Both the position numbers and the translations under genes were made by a program. A DNA stretch of 64,000 nucleotides, from the IMG/VR virus record IMGVR_UViG_3300030329_005371, positions 1 through 64,000 of that record, one strand, 5' to 3'. How positions within the stretch are numbered: position 1 is the first letter of the stretch; every line of letters starts with the position of its first letter. Below the pieces are notes generated by a model, which saw nothing but the letters and a program-made list of their open reading frames with translations, ran no database searches and was not told where the DNA came from. Below are positions 27,647 through 37,039 of this stretch, piece by piece. This stretch comes from a virus.

Positions 27647-27983
27647 GGGAGCGAAATGGCTTCGACAGGGTAAGGATGAAGTCGAGTGCAAGTAGGTAAG
27701 ATACAACCTTAATAGTTCAAAACAATAGTTGCAAATAACAACACACACTTCGAAGCAGCTCGCTTAGCGGCTTAATCGAGGAGGCTGATTAGAGCCTTCT
27801 ATCCAATCTAATCAAAATAACAGACAAGTTATAAAAATCAAACTATTTATCGCAACAGGGTGGTAAGCGATATCTTATAGCCATCTATCTTTGTCAATAG
27901 GTGATAGTAAATTGACTAAGCTTGTGAATGACTTGCCTTTTGAGGTATCGTGGACGCGGGTTCGACTCCCGCCGCTTCCACCA
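27647..27983 (+). ncRNA. ssrA: tmRNA; tag (A)ANNNTHFEAARLAA at 27731-27775
   Basis: 5' GGGAGCG..TTCGAC pairs with 3' CGCTTCC-A-CCA including G3.U; T-arm GCGGGTTCGACTCCCGC; resume codon GCA after ATAGTT. Confidence 0.95.
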
Positions 27984-28002
27984 TTTAATCAAGGAGAATA
28001 AA

Positions 28003-28521
28003 ATGATTAAGAAATTACTAGCATGCGTTATTGGATTAACGCTTACAACTACAGCAGTCGCAGACGATCATGCTGTTTCTATGAAAAATAGCGATGATTG
28101 GACCACTCGTAAAGGTTTGCGTTTTGGATATAATTATGTTGCCGGCGGCGAGCGAAGCGATAGAATTATTAGCCCGCATATGTTTGCTATTGGCTTTGAA
28201 GCACAGCAAACAATGAGTGGTGGAGATTGGCTTGATTTGCTTTTTGTACAGAACTTAACTATTAGTGGTCTTGAACAAAGTCTTATTATTCCATCAGCAA
28301 ATGTGCTGGTTGGATTTGAAATCAATGACTCTCTTCAGTTGGCTGTAGGCGCAAACGCAACCATTTATGATCCAGCCGAAGATAACAATTATATTCATCT
28401 TGTCTCAGCAATCGGGTGGACACAGGCCGCAGGACATTTTAGTGTTCCGGTTCATTTAATATATATTCCAGACGTCAATGGATATTGGCGCTTGGCAGCA
28501 ACAACAGGAGTAAATTGGTAA
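28003..28521 (+). CDS. Outer-membrane beta-barrel-like protein
   Basis: AAGGAG RBS, signal peptide, amphipathic strands, terminal GVNW. Confidence 0.65.
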   Translation: MIKKLLACVIGLTLTTTAVADDHAVSMKNSDDWTTRKGLRFGYNYVAGGERSDRIISPHMFAIGFEAQQTMSGGDWLDLLFVQNLTISGLEQSLIIPSANVLVGFEINDSLQLAVGANATIYDPAEDNNYIHLVSAIGWTQAAGHFSVPVHLIYIPDVNGYWRLAATTGVNW

Positions 28522-28688
28522 TGTTAGATTTTTTTAATTCACGATATGTTAGTTTAGGGTGCTCAGTTATTAATGGCGTATTTGCTGTTACTCTGCTTGT
28601 TGATCAAAGTTGGATCCTCGCAGGTATTTGTGTATTAGCGTCTGGTTACTGTTTTGGAAATTATATTAAGGCTAAAAAAGATGAATAA
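28521..28688 (+). CDS. Small two-TM membrane protein
   Basis: Two hydrophobic segments. Confidence 0.55.
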   Translation: MLDFFNSRYVSLGCSVINGVFAVTLLVDQSWILAGICVLASGYCFGNYIKAKKDE

Positions 28689-28884
28689 ATTTATACAAAA
28701 TATAAGAAATAAGATACAATACAAACGAGTAGAAAAAACTCACTTCATAGATGACGACTTAGACGGTGAAGTGACAGATGAAATTGAGAAGGCTCTTTGG
28801 GAGCTAAAGGAAGACATGGATCTCCCAACAGAAGAAGTAGAAAAAGCAGTCAAAAGTCGTAAAATAATAAAGGATGAAAAATAA
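28681..28884 (+). CDS. Hypothetical protein
   Basis: Tiles with neighbours. Confidence 0.55.
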   Translation: MNKFIQNIRNKIQYKRVEKTHFIDDDLDGEVTDEIEKALWELKEDMDLPTEEVEKAVKSRKIIKDEK

Positions 28885-28888
28885 ATAA

Positions 28889-29341
28889 ATGAAAACAGTA
28901 ACAAATGGAAATAATGTAAAATTACATTATGTCGGCACGTTGTCGAACGGGCAGGTGTTTGATAACTCCCGCTCTCGCGGCGATACAATGAGTGTATTAG
29001 TAGGCGAAGGTCGGGTTCTTCCTGGGTTTGAAAAAGCACTTTTGGGCATGGAAGTTGGCCAAACAAAATCGATTTCATTGCCAGTAGAAGAAGCATATGG
29101 GCACCCCAATCCCCAAGCGGTCCAAACTATGCCTAGGAGTTCTTTTCCAGAAGATTATGTTTTTGAAGAAGGCGCCCACGTTCAAGGGACCAATGGTAAT
29201 GGCCAGCCCGTTTTGGCAAAAATTATGTCTTTTACAGACGATGAGGTTACTTTAGACCTTAATCATCCCTTGGCCGGCCAAGATATTAACTTTGAAATTG
29301 AAATAGTCGAAATTGAAGAAACTAGTGAAACAGCTGAATAA
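28889..29341 (+). CDS. FKBP-type peptidyl-prolyl isomerase (SlyD/FkpB-like)
   Basis: LHY.GTL.NG.VFD.S, PGFEKAL.GM, EEAYG, DLNHPLAG. Confidence 0.95.
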   Translation: MKTVTNGNNVKLHYVGTLSNGQVFDNSRSRGDTMSVLVGEGRVLPGFEKALLGMEVGQTKSISLPVEEAYGHPNPQAVQTMPRSSFPEDYVFEEGAHVQGTNGNGQPVLAKIMSFTDDEVTLDLNHPLAGQDINFEIEIVEIEETSETAE

Positions 29342-29348
29342 TTAGTAT

Positions 29349-29591
29349 GTGAATGACGATGGATATCAGTTTCGTGTCGGCGATATTGTAAGAGAAAAAG
29401 AGTTTATTACAATAGGTTTCGATGATCAAATGACTGGTATTGTTATCGCGGTTGATTCTACATTTCATACGAATGAAAGAGTTATTCACGATAGACTTAC
29501 TATTATGTGGTTTGAAACCGGCACACAAGAAGAAATGCCAGATGTTCTTGTGGAGTTGGTTTCTTCCGTTTTAAATACAAAAAAAGCTTGA
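29349..29591 (+). CDS. SH3-like protein
   Basis: FRVGDIV...TGIVIAV...IMW. Confidence 0.6.
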   Translation: MNDDGYQFRVGDIVREKEFITIGFDDQMTGIVIAVDSTFHTNERVIHDRLTIMWFETGTQEEMPDVLVELVSSVLNTKKA

Positions 29592-29679
29592 CTACTTATA
29601 ATAAGTGGTTATATTATAGACGTTGGTAGATCAATGCGACTGCTAACAAGCTTATACTAAACAGATAAGGAGAAATATT

Positions 29680-30165
29680 ATGACTACAATAGTAAGGCGA
29701 AATAACCTTGCCCCTAGGGCATTTTCGAAGAACGAGTTTTTAACTCCGTTCGATCGACTTTTTGATGATATGCTTGGAAACATGTTTCCGACTGTATCAA
29801 GAGATTTGGGAGAAGATTTCTTTTTTAAAGGATCTTACCCAAAGGTGAATGTCATTAACAATGACGAGAGCGTGTTGATTGAGGCAGCTATTCCTGGTAT
29901 GCGACGAGAGGATGTATCGGTAGAGGTTGCGGAAGGCGTGTTAACTATCCAAGGCACCAGCAATCAACACGATGACATAAAGGACGGACAGTATGTTAAG
30001 CGCGAAATCAAACGATCCGCATTTCAGCGCTCCTTCCGTCTTGGCGACAATTTGGATGAGACAAAGATCAGAGGAAATTATGATAATGGAATTCTTACTT
30101 TGACCATCCCAAAAGTCGTACCAACCGAAGAAGAAAGAACAGTAAGAAAGATAGAAATTTCGTGA
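29680..30165 (+). CDS. Small heat-shock protein Hsp20
   Basis: YPKVNV, IPGM, FQRSFRL, YDNGILTLTIPK. Confidence 0.95.
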   Translation: MTTIVRRNNLAPRAFSKNEFLTPFDRLFDDMLGNMFPTVSRDLGEDFFFKGSYPKVNVINNDESVLIEAAIPGMRREDVSVEVAEGVLTIQGTSNQHDDIKDGQYVKREIKRSAFQRSFRLGDNLDETKIRGNYDNGILTLTIPKVVPTEEERTVRKIEIS

Positions 30166-30172
30166 CTTTCTC

Positions 30173-30201
30173 GGGGGGCTTTTCGCCCCCCATTTTTTTT
30201 T
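30173..30201 (+). terminator. Intrinsic terminator
   Basis: GGGGGGC/GCCCCCC stem followed by a 9-T run. Confidence 0.9.
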
Positions 30202-30284
30202 ATAAAAAACTTAAAATTTTTGGTATGATTAAAAGACGATCTCAATACGTATTAATGGAGGCGTTTATTACGAATCAAGATTAG

Positions 30285-30746
30285 ATGGAAATAAAAGTGG
30301 CATTTTACAAAGGTAGCGGCGATTTATTTAATAAAATCGTTAGATGGTGGACAAAAAGTCCTTACTCTCATGCTGAACTAATTTTGCCTGATGGTGTTAC
30401 TTGGATTCGTATTGGGCCATTTTCTTCTTCAAAGTTGTCGGCAATAAAAAAAGAAAAATGGGAGCCTCAAAATTGGGATTTTGTCACTCTTAAAGTGACC
30501 GAAGAACAAGTTGAAACAATAAAAGAATTTTTTGAACGTACAAAGGGATGTCGTTATGATTGGTGGGGGATGATCCTGTCTCATTTTTTGCCATTTAGAA
30601 TCAAGCAGCGCGGAAAATGGTATTGTAGCGAGTGGATTGCACATGCTTTAAGAGTAAGTCGAGTGGTTGATTGGAGAGTCGCGCGGATATTCGAGAGAGC
30701 AAAAATTTCTCCTGCCACGTTGTATGATATAGTGAGTATTAAATGA
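30285..30746 (+). CDS. Permuted papain-like (YaeF/YiiX-type) amidase
   Basis: SPYSHAE (His) before WYCSEW (Cys), G.RYD, ISP..L. Confidence 0.75.
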   Translation: MEIKVAFYKGSGDLFNKIVRWWTKSPYSHAELILPDGVTWIRIGPFSSSKLSAIKKEKWEPQNWDFVTLKVTEEQVETIKEFFERTKGCRYDWWGMILSHFLPFRIKQRGKWYCSEWIAHALRVSRVVDWRVARIFERAKISPATLYDIVSIK

Positions 30747-30931
30747 AATATCAAATTGATCAATGGGTTTATTATGTACAATTCCCAGAAATTACAAATT
30801 TAAAAAATGATAAGAAAAAAGCCGTTATTTTAGAAGTAATGGAAAATAATAGTGTTTATGACTATCGTATCTTTATTGATGTCGAAGGCAAAATAAGAAA
30901 AGTTAAGGAAAAGAACCTTTTTTCGATCTAA
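30743..30931 (+). CDS. Small SH3-like protein
   Basis: KYQIDQWV...YRI...VKEKNL. Confidence 0.5.
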   Translation: MKYQIDQWVYYVQFPEITNLKNDKKKAVILEVMENNSVYDYRIFIDVEGKIRKVKEKNLFSI

Positions 30932-30952
30932 GCCTCCTACGTACTAATAGGG

Positions 30953-31990
30953 ATGGCACATAAATTTTTAAAACAACTGCTCGTATTTGTAGCAGCCGTT
31001 TTAACAGGCTGCACCACCAATATGGATTATTATATTATTGGTAGCGGCACTGAAACCGTCACAGAAGTTGTTCACGAAACTGTTTACGAAGAGATAGAAG
31101 TTCCAGTTTATGTTGAAGTAGAAGTTCCAGCAGATCCCGGTTTAATTTGGATTGATTCTTTTATACAACCTCAATCAGTTGATGGTGTCGATATTCTTTG
31201 GGTTATTGATACTTCAGGTTCGATGAATCGTTATGACGCTGAATTGATGGCGGGCATTGAAGCGATGTTGTTAGCGCTGCCAGAAAGCGGCTGGCGTTTG
31301 GCTATGTTAACTAACGATCCATCATATGCCTCCATTGAATCCCAATTTCCTTTGGTTCCTGGTGATGACATCGCAGATGCTGAAAACATGTATAACAATA
31401 TGGGCCGCGGCCATAGAGAAGAAGGATTTGACGCTTCATATGAATATCTAGTAAATAACGAATATGCTCAAACGTGGCTTCGTTATGACGCTGCTCTGTT
31501 GGTAGTATTTGTATCCGATGAAGAAGAGCAAAGTGATGCGCATTTTCCAAGTGTAGATGGTTTTATCTCGTGGTATCAAGGTCTACGAAGTGGTTCGGTA
31601 TTCTTATCTAGTATTGTTAATATAGATCCTTCTGAATCGCTCTGTAATACTAACGCATATAACAATGGAGACAGATATATTGAAGCTACTGAACATTTTG
31701 GGGGACAAATTGTAGATGTTTGCTCTGAAGATTGGAGCGCTGGAGTTGTAGACGCAGCATCACGTTTAGAGCCATATGAGTATATTCAATTAACTTATGA
31801 ACCAATAGAAGAATCAATTAGAGTCTTTATAAATGGCGCTTTAAATTACGATTGGTATTATTCTGCCACTGATAATACTATTTACTTTACGGTCATACCG
31901 GGTGGGAATGACTTAGTGGAAGTGGGGTATCGTTATTTTCCAGATGAAGGGGGTGACACCGGTGACACCGGATTAGATACTGCTGCGTAA
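30953..31990 (+). CDS. vWA-domain lipoprotein
   Basis: Lipobox LTGC; VDILWVIDTSGSM; FVSDEEEQS; DTG tail repeats. Confidence 0.8.
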   Translation: MAHKFLKQLLVFVAAVLTGCTTNMDYYIIGSGTETVTEVVHETVYEEIEVPVYVEVEVPADPGLIWIDSFIQPQSVDGVDILWVIDTSGSMNRYDAELMAGIEAMLLALPESGWRLAMLTNDPSYASIESQFPLVPGDDIADAENMYNNMGRGHREEGFDASYEYLVNNEYAQTWLRYDAALLVVFVSDEEEQSDAHFPSVDGFISWYQGLRSGSVFLSSIVNIDPSESLCNTNAYNNGDRYIEATEHFGGQIVDVCSEDWSAGVVDAASRLEPYEYIQLTYEPIEESIRVFINGALNYDWYYSATDNTIYFTVIPGGNDLVEVGYRYFPDEGGDTGDTGLDTAA

Positions 31991-31999
31991 GGGGGACAC

Positions 32000-32296
32000 A
32001 TGTTAGAATTTTTATTATTAATCTTGGGCATCAATTGCCTTACTTTTACATATTTTGGTTATAAATTTATACAATTTAGAAAAAACGAAAAATATAGAAC
32101 ACAAGAACTCAATCATAAGGTACAATGTTTATTGGATCAGATGAAACAAGAATATCAATCTGAGAGAGAGGCCGAGTTAAATGAAGAGCCTGTCACAAAT
32201 ATTTTTAGAGAGCACGTAATTGACGAGATATCCAAACAACGACTCATCTACGACGAGGCCACTGGACGATACATCAGATTACGGCAGATCAAATAG
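32000..32296 (+). CDS. Membrane-anchored hypothetical protein
   Basis: N-terminal TM helix. Confidence 0.6.
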   Translation: MLEFLLLILGINCLTFTYFGYKFIQFRKNEKYRTQELNHKVQCLLDQMKQEYQSEREAELNEEPVTNIFREHVIDEISKQRLIYDEATGRYIRLRQIK

Positions 32297-32564
32297 AAGA
32301 CCACCAGAGCCGCCAGATCCTTTTGGTTCATTAGATTTATCTTTTATAGCCAAAGGAATTCTTTACATCTGTATAGCGGTGGTTATAATTGTATTTGTAA
32401 ACTCTTGTCAAGTAGACGAAGAAGTTATTAAACAATGTGAAACATCTTGTAGTTCCAATGGCAATCGTATGGATTCAGTGTCCGTATTTGGTTGTGATTG
32501 CGAACAAAAACAAGATGCCTTGTCGTCACCTTGGGTATTGCCCCCAACACCAGCAGGAGATTGA
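32220..32564 (+). CDS. Membrane protein with Cys-rich exported domain
   Basis: TM helix then CETSC...CDC. Confidence 0.55.
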   Translation: MTRYPNNDSSTTRPLDDTSDYGRSNRRPPEPPDPFGSLDLSFIAKGILYICIAVVIIVFVNSCQVDEEVIKQCETSCSSNGNRMDSVSVFGCDCEQKQDALSSPWVLPPTPAGD

Positions 32565-33371
32565 ATGATACAACCCCAACATCTTATATTATTTGATGTA
32601 GACGGCACCTTAACCGAAGCAAGAAAACCAATTCAAAAAGCAATGCTAAAAGCTTTGCGTGAATTATCTCGTTATGCTGAAATTGGCTTTCTTACTGGCT
32701 CTGGTCTCGAATATATCAAAGAACAACTTTGGCCGGCCCTAGCCGATCCTATTATACGTCAGAATTGTCACTTATTGCCTTGTAATGGTACGGAATATGT
32801 GATACCTTACGGTGATGAGGAGATTATTTTTAATCCTATGTCGAAAGAGTACATGATTGATTCGATAGGTAAAGAAGATTTTCAAAAATTAATGAGAGTG
32901 CTTTGTTCTTTTCAAGCGGAAATAGTAGAAGAGAATAATGATTTACCACTAACAGGAAATTTTGTTCAAAATCGAGGCTCGATGATAAACTGGTGTCCTA
33001 TTGGTAGAAACGCACAACAAGAAGATCGAGATGTATTTAAAGCGCTTGACAGTTTGTATGGGATTCGCCGAATGTATCTAGATAAACTTAAAAACTATAT
33101 TTTAACTTCTAAAATGGATATAACTGTAAAACTAGGCGGCAATACTTCTTTTGATATATTTCCTAATGGATGGGATAAAACATTTGCCTTAAATCACTTT
33201 GACGGCCCTAACTGGGTATTTTGGTTTGTAGGCGATCGCTGTAGTCCAACAGGGAATGATTATGAAATATTTTCAGCATTGAAAGAAACCGGCCGCGCCT
33301 TCGAAGTAGGCTCACCAGAAGAAACAGTTGATATTATTGATTTTCATATTTTACGAGATTTAGGAGCATAA
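32565..33371 (+). CDS. Phosphomannomutase, HAD IIB (eukaryotic PMM/Sec53-type)
   Basis: FDVDGTLT, MINWCPIGRNA, GG.TSFDIFP.GWDKT, GDR...GNDYEI. Confidence 0.85.
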   Translation: MIQPQHLILFDVDGTLTEARKPIQKAMLKALRELSRYAEIGFLTGSGLEYIKEQLWPALADPIIRQNCHLLPCNGTEYVIPYGDEEIIFNPMSKEYMIDSIGKEDFQKLMRVLCSFQAEIVEENNDLPLTGNFVQNRGSMINWCPIGRNAQQEDRDVFKALDSLYGIRRMYLDKLKNYILTSKMDITVKLGGNTSFDIFPNGWDKTFALNHFDGPNWVFWFVGDRCSPTGNDYEIFSALKETGRAFEVGSPEETVDIIDFHILRDLGA

Positions 33372-33374
33372 AAA

Positions 33375-33566
33375 ATGGAAAAAACACCAAAGAAATGGCA
33401 AAAAGTTAGAATTTTTGATAGTTATGATGATGCCAATGAATTACGAAGCGTATTGTTGGATAACGATGATACGGGACTTTTGGAAGTAAAAATTCGAAGA
33501 TGTGGGCCGGCCGGTTCACAATTTAAAGTAAAGAAATACTTCCCAGAACAAAAGAAAGGAAATTAA
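33375..33566 (+). CDS. Hypothetical protein
   Basis: GGAG RBS. Confidence 0.6.
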   Translation: MEKTPKKWQKVRIFDSYDDANELRSVLLDNDDTGLLEVKIRRCGPAGSQFKVKKYFPEQKKGN

Positions 33567-34067
33567 ATGACAGTCCATCCAGATATGTTTAATGATAAAA
33601 AAGAAAAACCAACTGTAATGGTATCAGGCGGCTTCGATCCCGTCCATGCCGGCCATATTCGAATGATTAGAGATGCTGCTAATTTTGGAGATGTCATTGT
33701 TATAGCTAATTCTGATCAATGGCTTTTTCGGAAGAAAGGGTTTGTATTTATGACTTTTGAGCAGCGAGCAGAAATTCTTAACGCAATTAAAGGTGTTATC
33801 TTGGTAGATTCTGTAGATGATACAGATGGTACAGTCTGCGAAGCAATTCGAAGACTTAAGCCTGATTTTTTTGCAAATGGAGGCGATCGTGGACGCTCTA
33901 ATACGCCAGAACAGTCTGTTTGCGAAGAATTGGGAGTTAAATTATTATGGGGTGTAGGAGGAGATAAAAAACTTGCTAGTTCTTCTGATTTGGTACAGAA
34001 TGTTAGAGATTTTGAACAGTCTTTGGCTCCTCCGGTCCGAACCTCTACAAAACATTCTGATAGATAA
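33567..34067 (+). CDS. Cytidylyltransferase-family protein (TagD/RfaE/RibL-like)
   Basis: SGGFDPVHAGH, NSD...RKKG, FANGGDR, SSS. Confidence 0.9.
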   Translation: MTVHPDMFNDKKEKPTVMVSGGFDPVHAGHIRMIRDAANFGDVIVIANSDQWLFRKKGFVFMTFEQRAEILNAIKGVILVDSVDDTDGTVCEAIRRLKPDFFANGGDRGRSNTPEQSVCEELGVKLLWGVGGDKKLASSSDLVQNVRDFEQSLAPPVRTSTKHSDR

Positions 34068-34070
34068 TAC

Positions 34071-34099
34071 TTGACAACTTCTATTGAAGTAGTTATAGT
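34071..34099 (+). promoter_or_regulatory. Sigma70-type promoter
   Basis: TTGACA-17-TATAGT. Confidence 0.7.
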
Positions 34100-34111
34100 A
34101 TGGAAGAATCA

Positions 34112-34609
34112 ATGAAAGCATTAAAACTAGACGCATCATATCGACCGGTTGGTGTTATCGATGCTGTAGAAGCTTTAGTGTTGTGTATTGTAGGAAAAGC
34201 TAAGGCTATTGAAACGTACACAAGAGAAATTTGTTCTCCTTCTCGCACATTTAAAATTCCAGCAGTGATTGTTTTAAAAACTATAGTAAAATATCACTTT
34301 AAAGGAATGGCCTGTAATCGTCAAAACATTATTTGGAGAGATCAAAATATTTGTCAGTATTGCGCCAAATCTTTTCCTTCTGAAAAATTGACTGTAGACC
34401 ATTTAATGCCTAAGAGCAGAGGTGGGCCTAAATCTTGGAAGAATTTAGTTGCGGCATGTAAAAGATGTAATCAGAGAAAAGGAAACAAAACTCCACAAGA
34501 ATGTGGTATGATACCAATACGAAAGCCGTATAAGCCTAAAATATCTGCTTTAAAAACTACTGCTAAAAATCAAATAAGTGATTTGTGGAAAATTTATCTA
34601 TGGGAATAA
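34112..34609 (+). CDS. HNH endonuclease
   Basis: RD...CQYC, TVDHLMPKSRGG..SW.NLVAAC..CN..KG. Confidence 0.9.
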   Translation: MKALKLDASYRPVGVIDAVEALVLCIVGKAKAIETYTREICSPSRTFKIPAVIVLKTIVKYHFKGMACNRQNIIWRDQNICQYCAKSFPSEKLTVDHLMPKSRGGPKSWKNLVAACKRCNQRKGNKTPQECGMIPIRKPYKPKISALKTTAKNQISDLWKIYLWE

Positions 34610-34610
34610 A

Positions 34611-34877
34611 ATGTTAATTGATAGAAATACTGTTTGTTATACATCAGAGAGAGGGCATAAAAATTTCTGGTATCCTAGTGACCATAAAGTAATTGTTAAA
34701 GAATCATGTAGCGCGCAGCAAGTATCTTGGATTTCAGGTGGTCCAAAAATTGCCATTCGAATACTTAAAGAAAATCTTGTTCCGCTAGATATATCTCAAG
34801 AAGCTATATTAAATATGTCCCCTCCTGCGAAAAGTGGATATACCATTGTGTGGATCGAGAGATGTTTCAAAAACTAA
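34611..34877 (+). CDS. Hypothetical protein
   Basis: Tiles with neighbours. Confidence 0.55.
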   Translation: MLIDRNTVCYTSERGHKNFWYPSDHKVIVKESCSAQQVSWISGGPKIAIRILKENLVPLDISQEAILNMSPPAKSGYTIVWIERCFKN

Positions 34878-34909
34878 AAGAATTTTGTAGAATCAATAAG
34901 GAGAAAAAT

Positions 34910-35143
34910 ATGACCACTACAACAAAAGAGTCCCGTGCGACTTCTAATACTTTAAAGCTTCTTAGCTCAGAATCTGCACACCTTAAGAAAAAATTGGCTA
35001 ACCAATCTGAGACAATGGCAACGTTGCTATCGCGCATGAGTATTCTTTCGGATGAGTTGGCTCTTTTAAAAGGCGAACTTAACGCATTTAAGAAGAATGT
35101 TTCTAACGATGTAAAATATTTGACTGATCGCGTCGATAGTTAG
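34910..35143 (+). CDS. Coiled-coil protein, paralog A1
   Basis: MTTTTK...FKKNV..DVKYLTDRVD shared with 35853-36065. Confidence 0.75.
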   Translation: MTTTTKESRATSNTLKLLSSESAHLKKKLANQSETMATLLSRMSILSDELALLKGELNAFKKNVSNDVKYLTDRVDS

Positions 35144-35144
35144 G

Positions 35145-35831
35145 ATGAAAAAAGTTAAAATTTTTAGTTCTGGCGGTTGTGGCACCCGCTGGCTCCAAGG
35201 CATAACTAAGTTTTATACGATTCCTGTTGATGTGCCGTCTGATTTTCCCACTCATCTGCCGGCTTCTGTAGTTAAAAAGAATTTTATAGTGGATAGATAT
35301 TTTGATAAAGGTATTCTAATCTATGCCGATCCAAGAGAAGTATTTCTACATATTATTCGCAAGCAGCCGGATAGGCGTATAAAACATTTTCAACATTTAG
35401 GGTGCGAAGCGGAGGAAACAAGTCGTTTGCTTGAAATAGGTAATAAAAATCGTCTTGGCAATATTGAAAAAGAATTACATCAAGTTAAAAGTTTTAAGGG
35501 ATTAGAAAATCATTATGACGATTGGATAAAGACAAAATTTCCTATTGATGTTGCCTTTGTTAAATCCGAATCTTTAGCCATAGAAGCGAATGGAAAAAAA
35601 TTAGGAGAATTTTTAGAATTAGAGGAATCTGAAATCTTCGGCCAAGTTATAGCGGATAGATTTTCTCCTCGACAAACTAAACTATCACAATGTTCACCCT
35701 CCCAGAGAGCCCATCTTAATAATTTGTTTGGGTCGCTGGTGCGAAAGCAAGCATCTAAGCCACCAGTATGGATCAAGAAAAGATTTATGGTACCAGTTCC
35801 TACCGAAAATGGAACAATTACACTTAATTAG
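35145..35831 (+). CDS. Sulfotransferase-like protein, paralog of 51744-52547
   Basis: KIFSSGGCGTRWL, YADPR, LENHY..W, AFVK. Confidence 0.55.
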   Translation: MKKVKIFSSGGCGTRWLQGITKFYTIPVDVPSDFPTHLPASVVKKNFIVDRYFDKGILIYADPREVFLHIIRKQPDRRIKHFQHLGCEAEETSRLLEIGNKNRLGNIEKELHQVKSFKGLENHYDDWIKTKFPIDVAFVKSESLAIEANGKKLGEFLELEESEIFGQVIADRFSPRQTKLSQCSPSQRAHLNNLFGSLVRKQASKPPVWIKKRFMVPVPTENGTITLN

Positions 35832-35852
35832 AGGAGATATAAGGAGAAAAAT

Positions 35853-36065
35853 ATGACCACTACAACAAAAACAACTACCCGTAGTACGAAAGAGGTAACA
35901 GCGCTTAAGAAGAAGGTAGCAAATCAAGCAGAGGCCATGGCTAATCTCTTAAGTAGAATGAGCGTAATGACAGACGAAATTACTTCACTTAAGAGAGAAA
36001 TACAATCTTTCAAAAAGAATGTAGCCGCAGATGTCAAATATTTGACTGATCGCGTTGATGGCTAA
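35853..36065 (+). CDS. Coiled-coil protein, paralog A2
   Basis: Same 32-nt RBS/start block as 34896-34927. Confidence 0.75.
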   Translation: MTTTTKTTTRSTKEVTALKKKVANQAEAMANLLSRMSVMTDEITSLKREIQSFKKNVAADVKYLTDRVDG

Positions 36066-36252
36066 GTTCGGCCGCTTCGCTGTAATATGGTATAGTCAGC
36101 AGTTTGCGATTCCTTTTTGGATTATTGGTCATGTACACTTGCATCTTAATGACTACCATGATATAATAGAGTTATCAAGTTCAGCCATAATGCATTTTAT
36201 GGTTGCGCTTGGTTTTTGGTTTGATTGGCAAGAATATAATAAAGGAGAATAA
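36058..36252 (+). CDS. Small membrane protein
   Basis: Two hydrophobic segments with HVHLH. Confidence 0.55.
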   Translation: MAKFGRFAVIWYSQQFAIPFWIIGHVHLHLNDYHDIIELSSSAIMHFMVALGFWFDWQEYNKGE

Positions 36253-36726
36253 ATGTCATTTACAGAAAAGTTAAAGAGTTTGAGGGTAGCTCCTAACACC
36301 ATGGCTACTCTAACATATAGTGAGGGAACAGATGTGTTTCTCATGAACGAAGATGAAGTAGATACAGCGCTGTCCAACACAGATGTAGTTGAGCAGTTTG
36401 CTGAACTTATCACTACGCGAGGTATTCACGCAAGCAGCATGTATGGAACTAATTACATGGATTCTTTGCGAGACGGCGGGTATCTTGATGATTATGAGCG
36501 CGGAAGCTTTAGCTTCTCGGAGTTCATCGGAGAGACTATCCGGGAGAACTTTTATGATTTGGATTTTATTGAGTCCTCAATTACAAAGTATGATTATAAG
36601 CGAGGATTTTGTACTCTCACGGCAGAAGTCAAGATTCCTGTGGAAGATCTAATTATGGAATCGCCATATACTGGCGGTTGGACGGTATCTGTTCCTACCG
36701 AAAATGGAACAATTACGCTTAACTAG
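36253..36726 (+). CDS. Hypothetical protein
   Basis: AAGGAG RBS; C-terminal VPTENGTITLN duplicated at 35796. Confidence 0.7.
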   Translation: MSFTEKLKSLRVAPNTMATLTYSEGTDVFLMNEDEVDTALSNTDVVEQFAELITTRGIHASSMYGTNYMDSLRDGGYLDDYERGSFSFSEFIGETIRENFYDLDFIESSITKYDYKRGFCTLTAEVKIPVEDLIMESPYTGGWTVSVPTENGTITLN

Positions 36727-36736
36727 AGGAGAAATT

Positions 36737-36961
36737 ATGAGAGCGATTATTGCGTTGGCTGTATTGGTTGGTTGTGCCGAAACAGAGACAACTGAAACAG
36801 AGACAACTGAGACGGAAACAACCAGCACTGAAACCACCACTACTGATGGTACCAACACAACGGGAACTACCACTGAAGGCACTACGCCTGCAACCCCCGC
36901 AAAGACTACTGATACTACCAACAACAGTAACAGTAGCGAATCCGCTGTATCGTCGGACTAA
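36737..36961 (+). CDS. Thr-rich lipoprotein
   Basis: GAGGAG RBS, lipobox LVGC, ETETT repeats. Confidence 0.7.
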   Translation: MRAIIALAVLVGCAETETTETETTETETTSTETTTTDGTNTTGTTTEGTTPATPAKTTDTTNNSNSSESAVSSD

Positions 36962-37039
36962 TAACGGTACGTGGCCGCCGAACGTCACGTAGGCGGGGGT
37001 TTTCCGGTTTTCCTTGGACGCTAAAAAACCGGTTCTTTC

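Noticed and set aside
27928-28002. N-terminal extension of ORF 27928-28521
   Set aside because: Overlaps the tmRNA 3' end; RBS and signal peptide support ATG 28003.
34112-34609. HNH gene as an intron-borne homing element
   Set aside because: Free-standing with its own promoter; it interrupts no gene.
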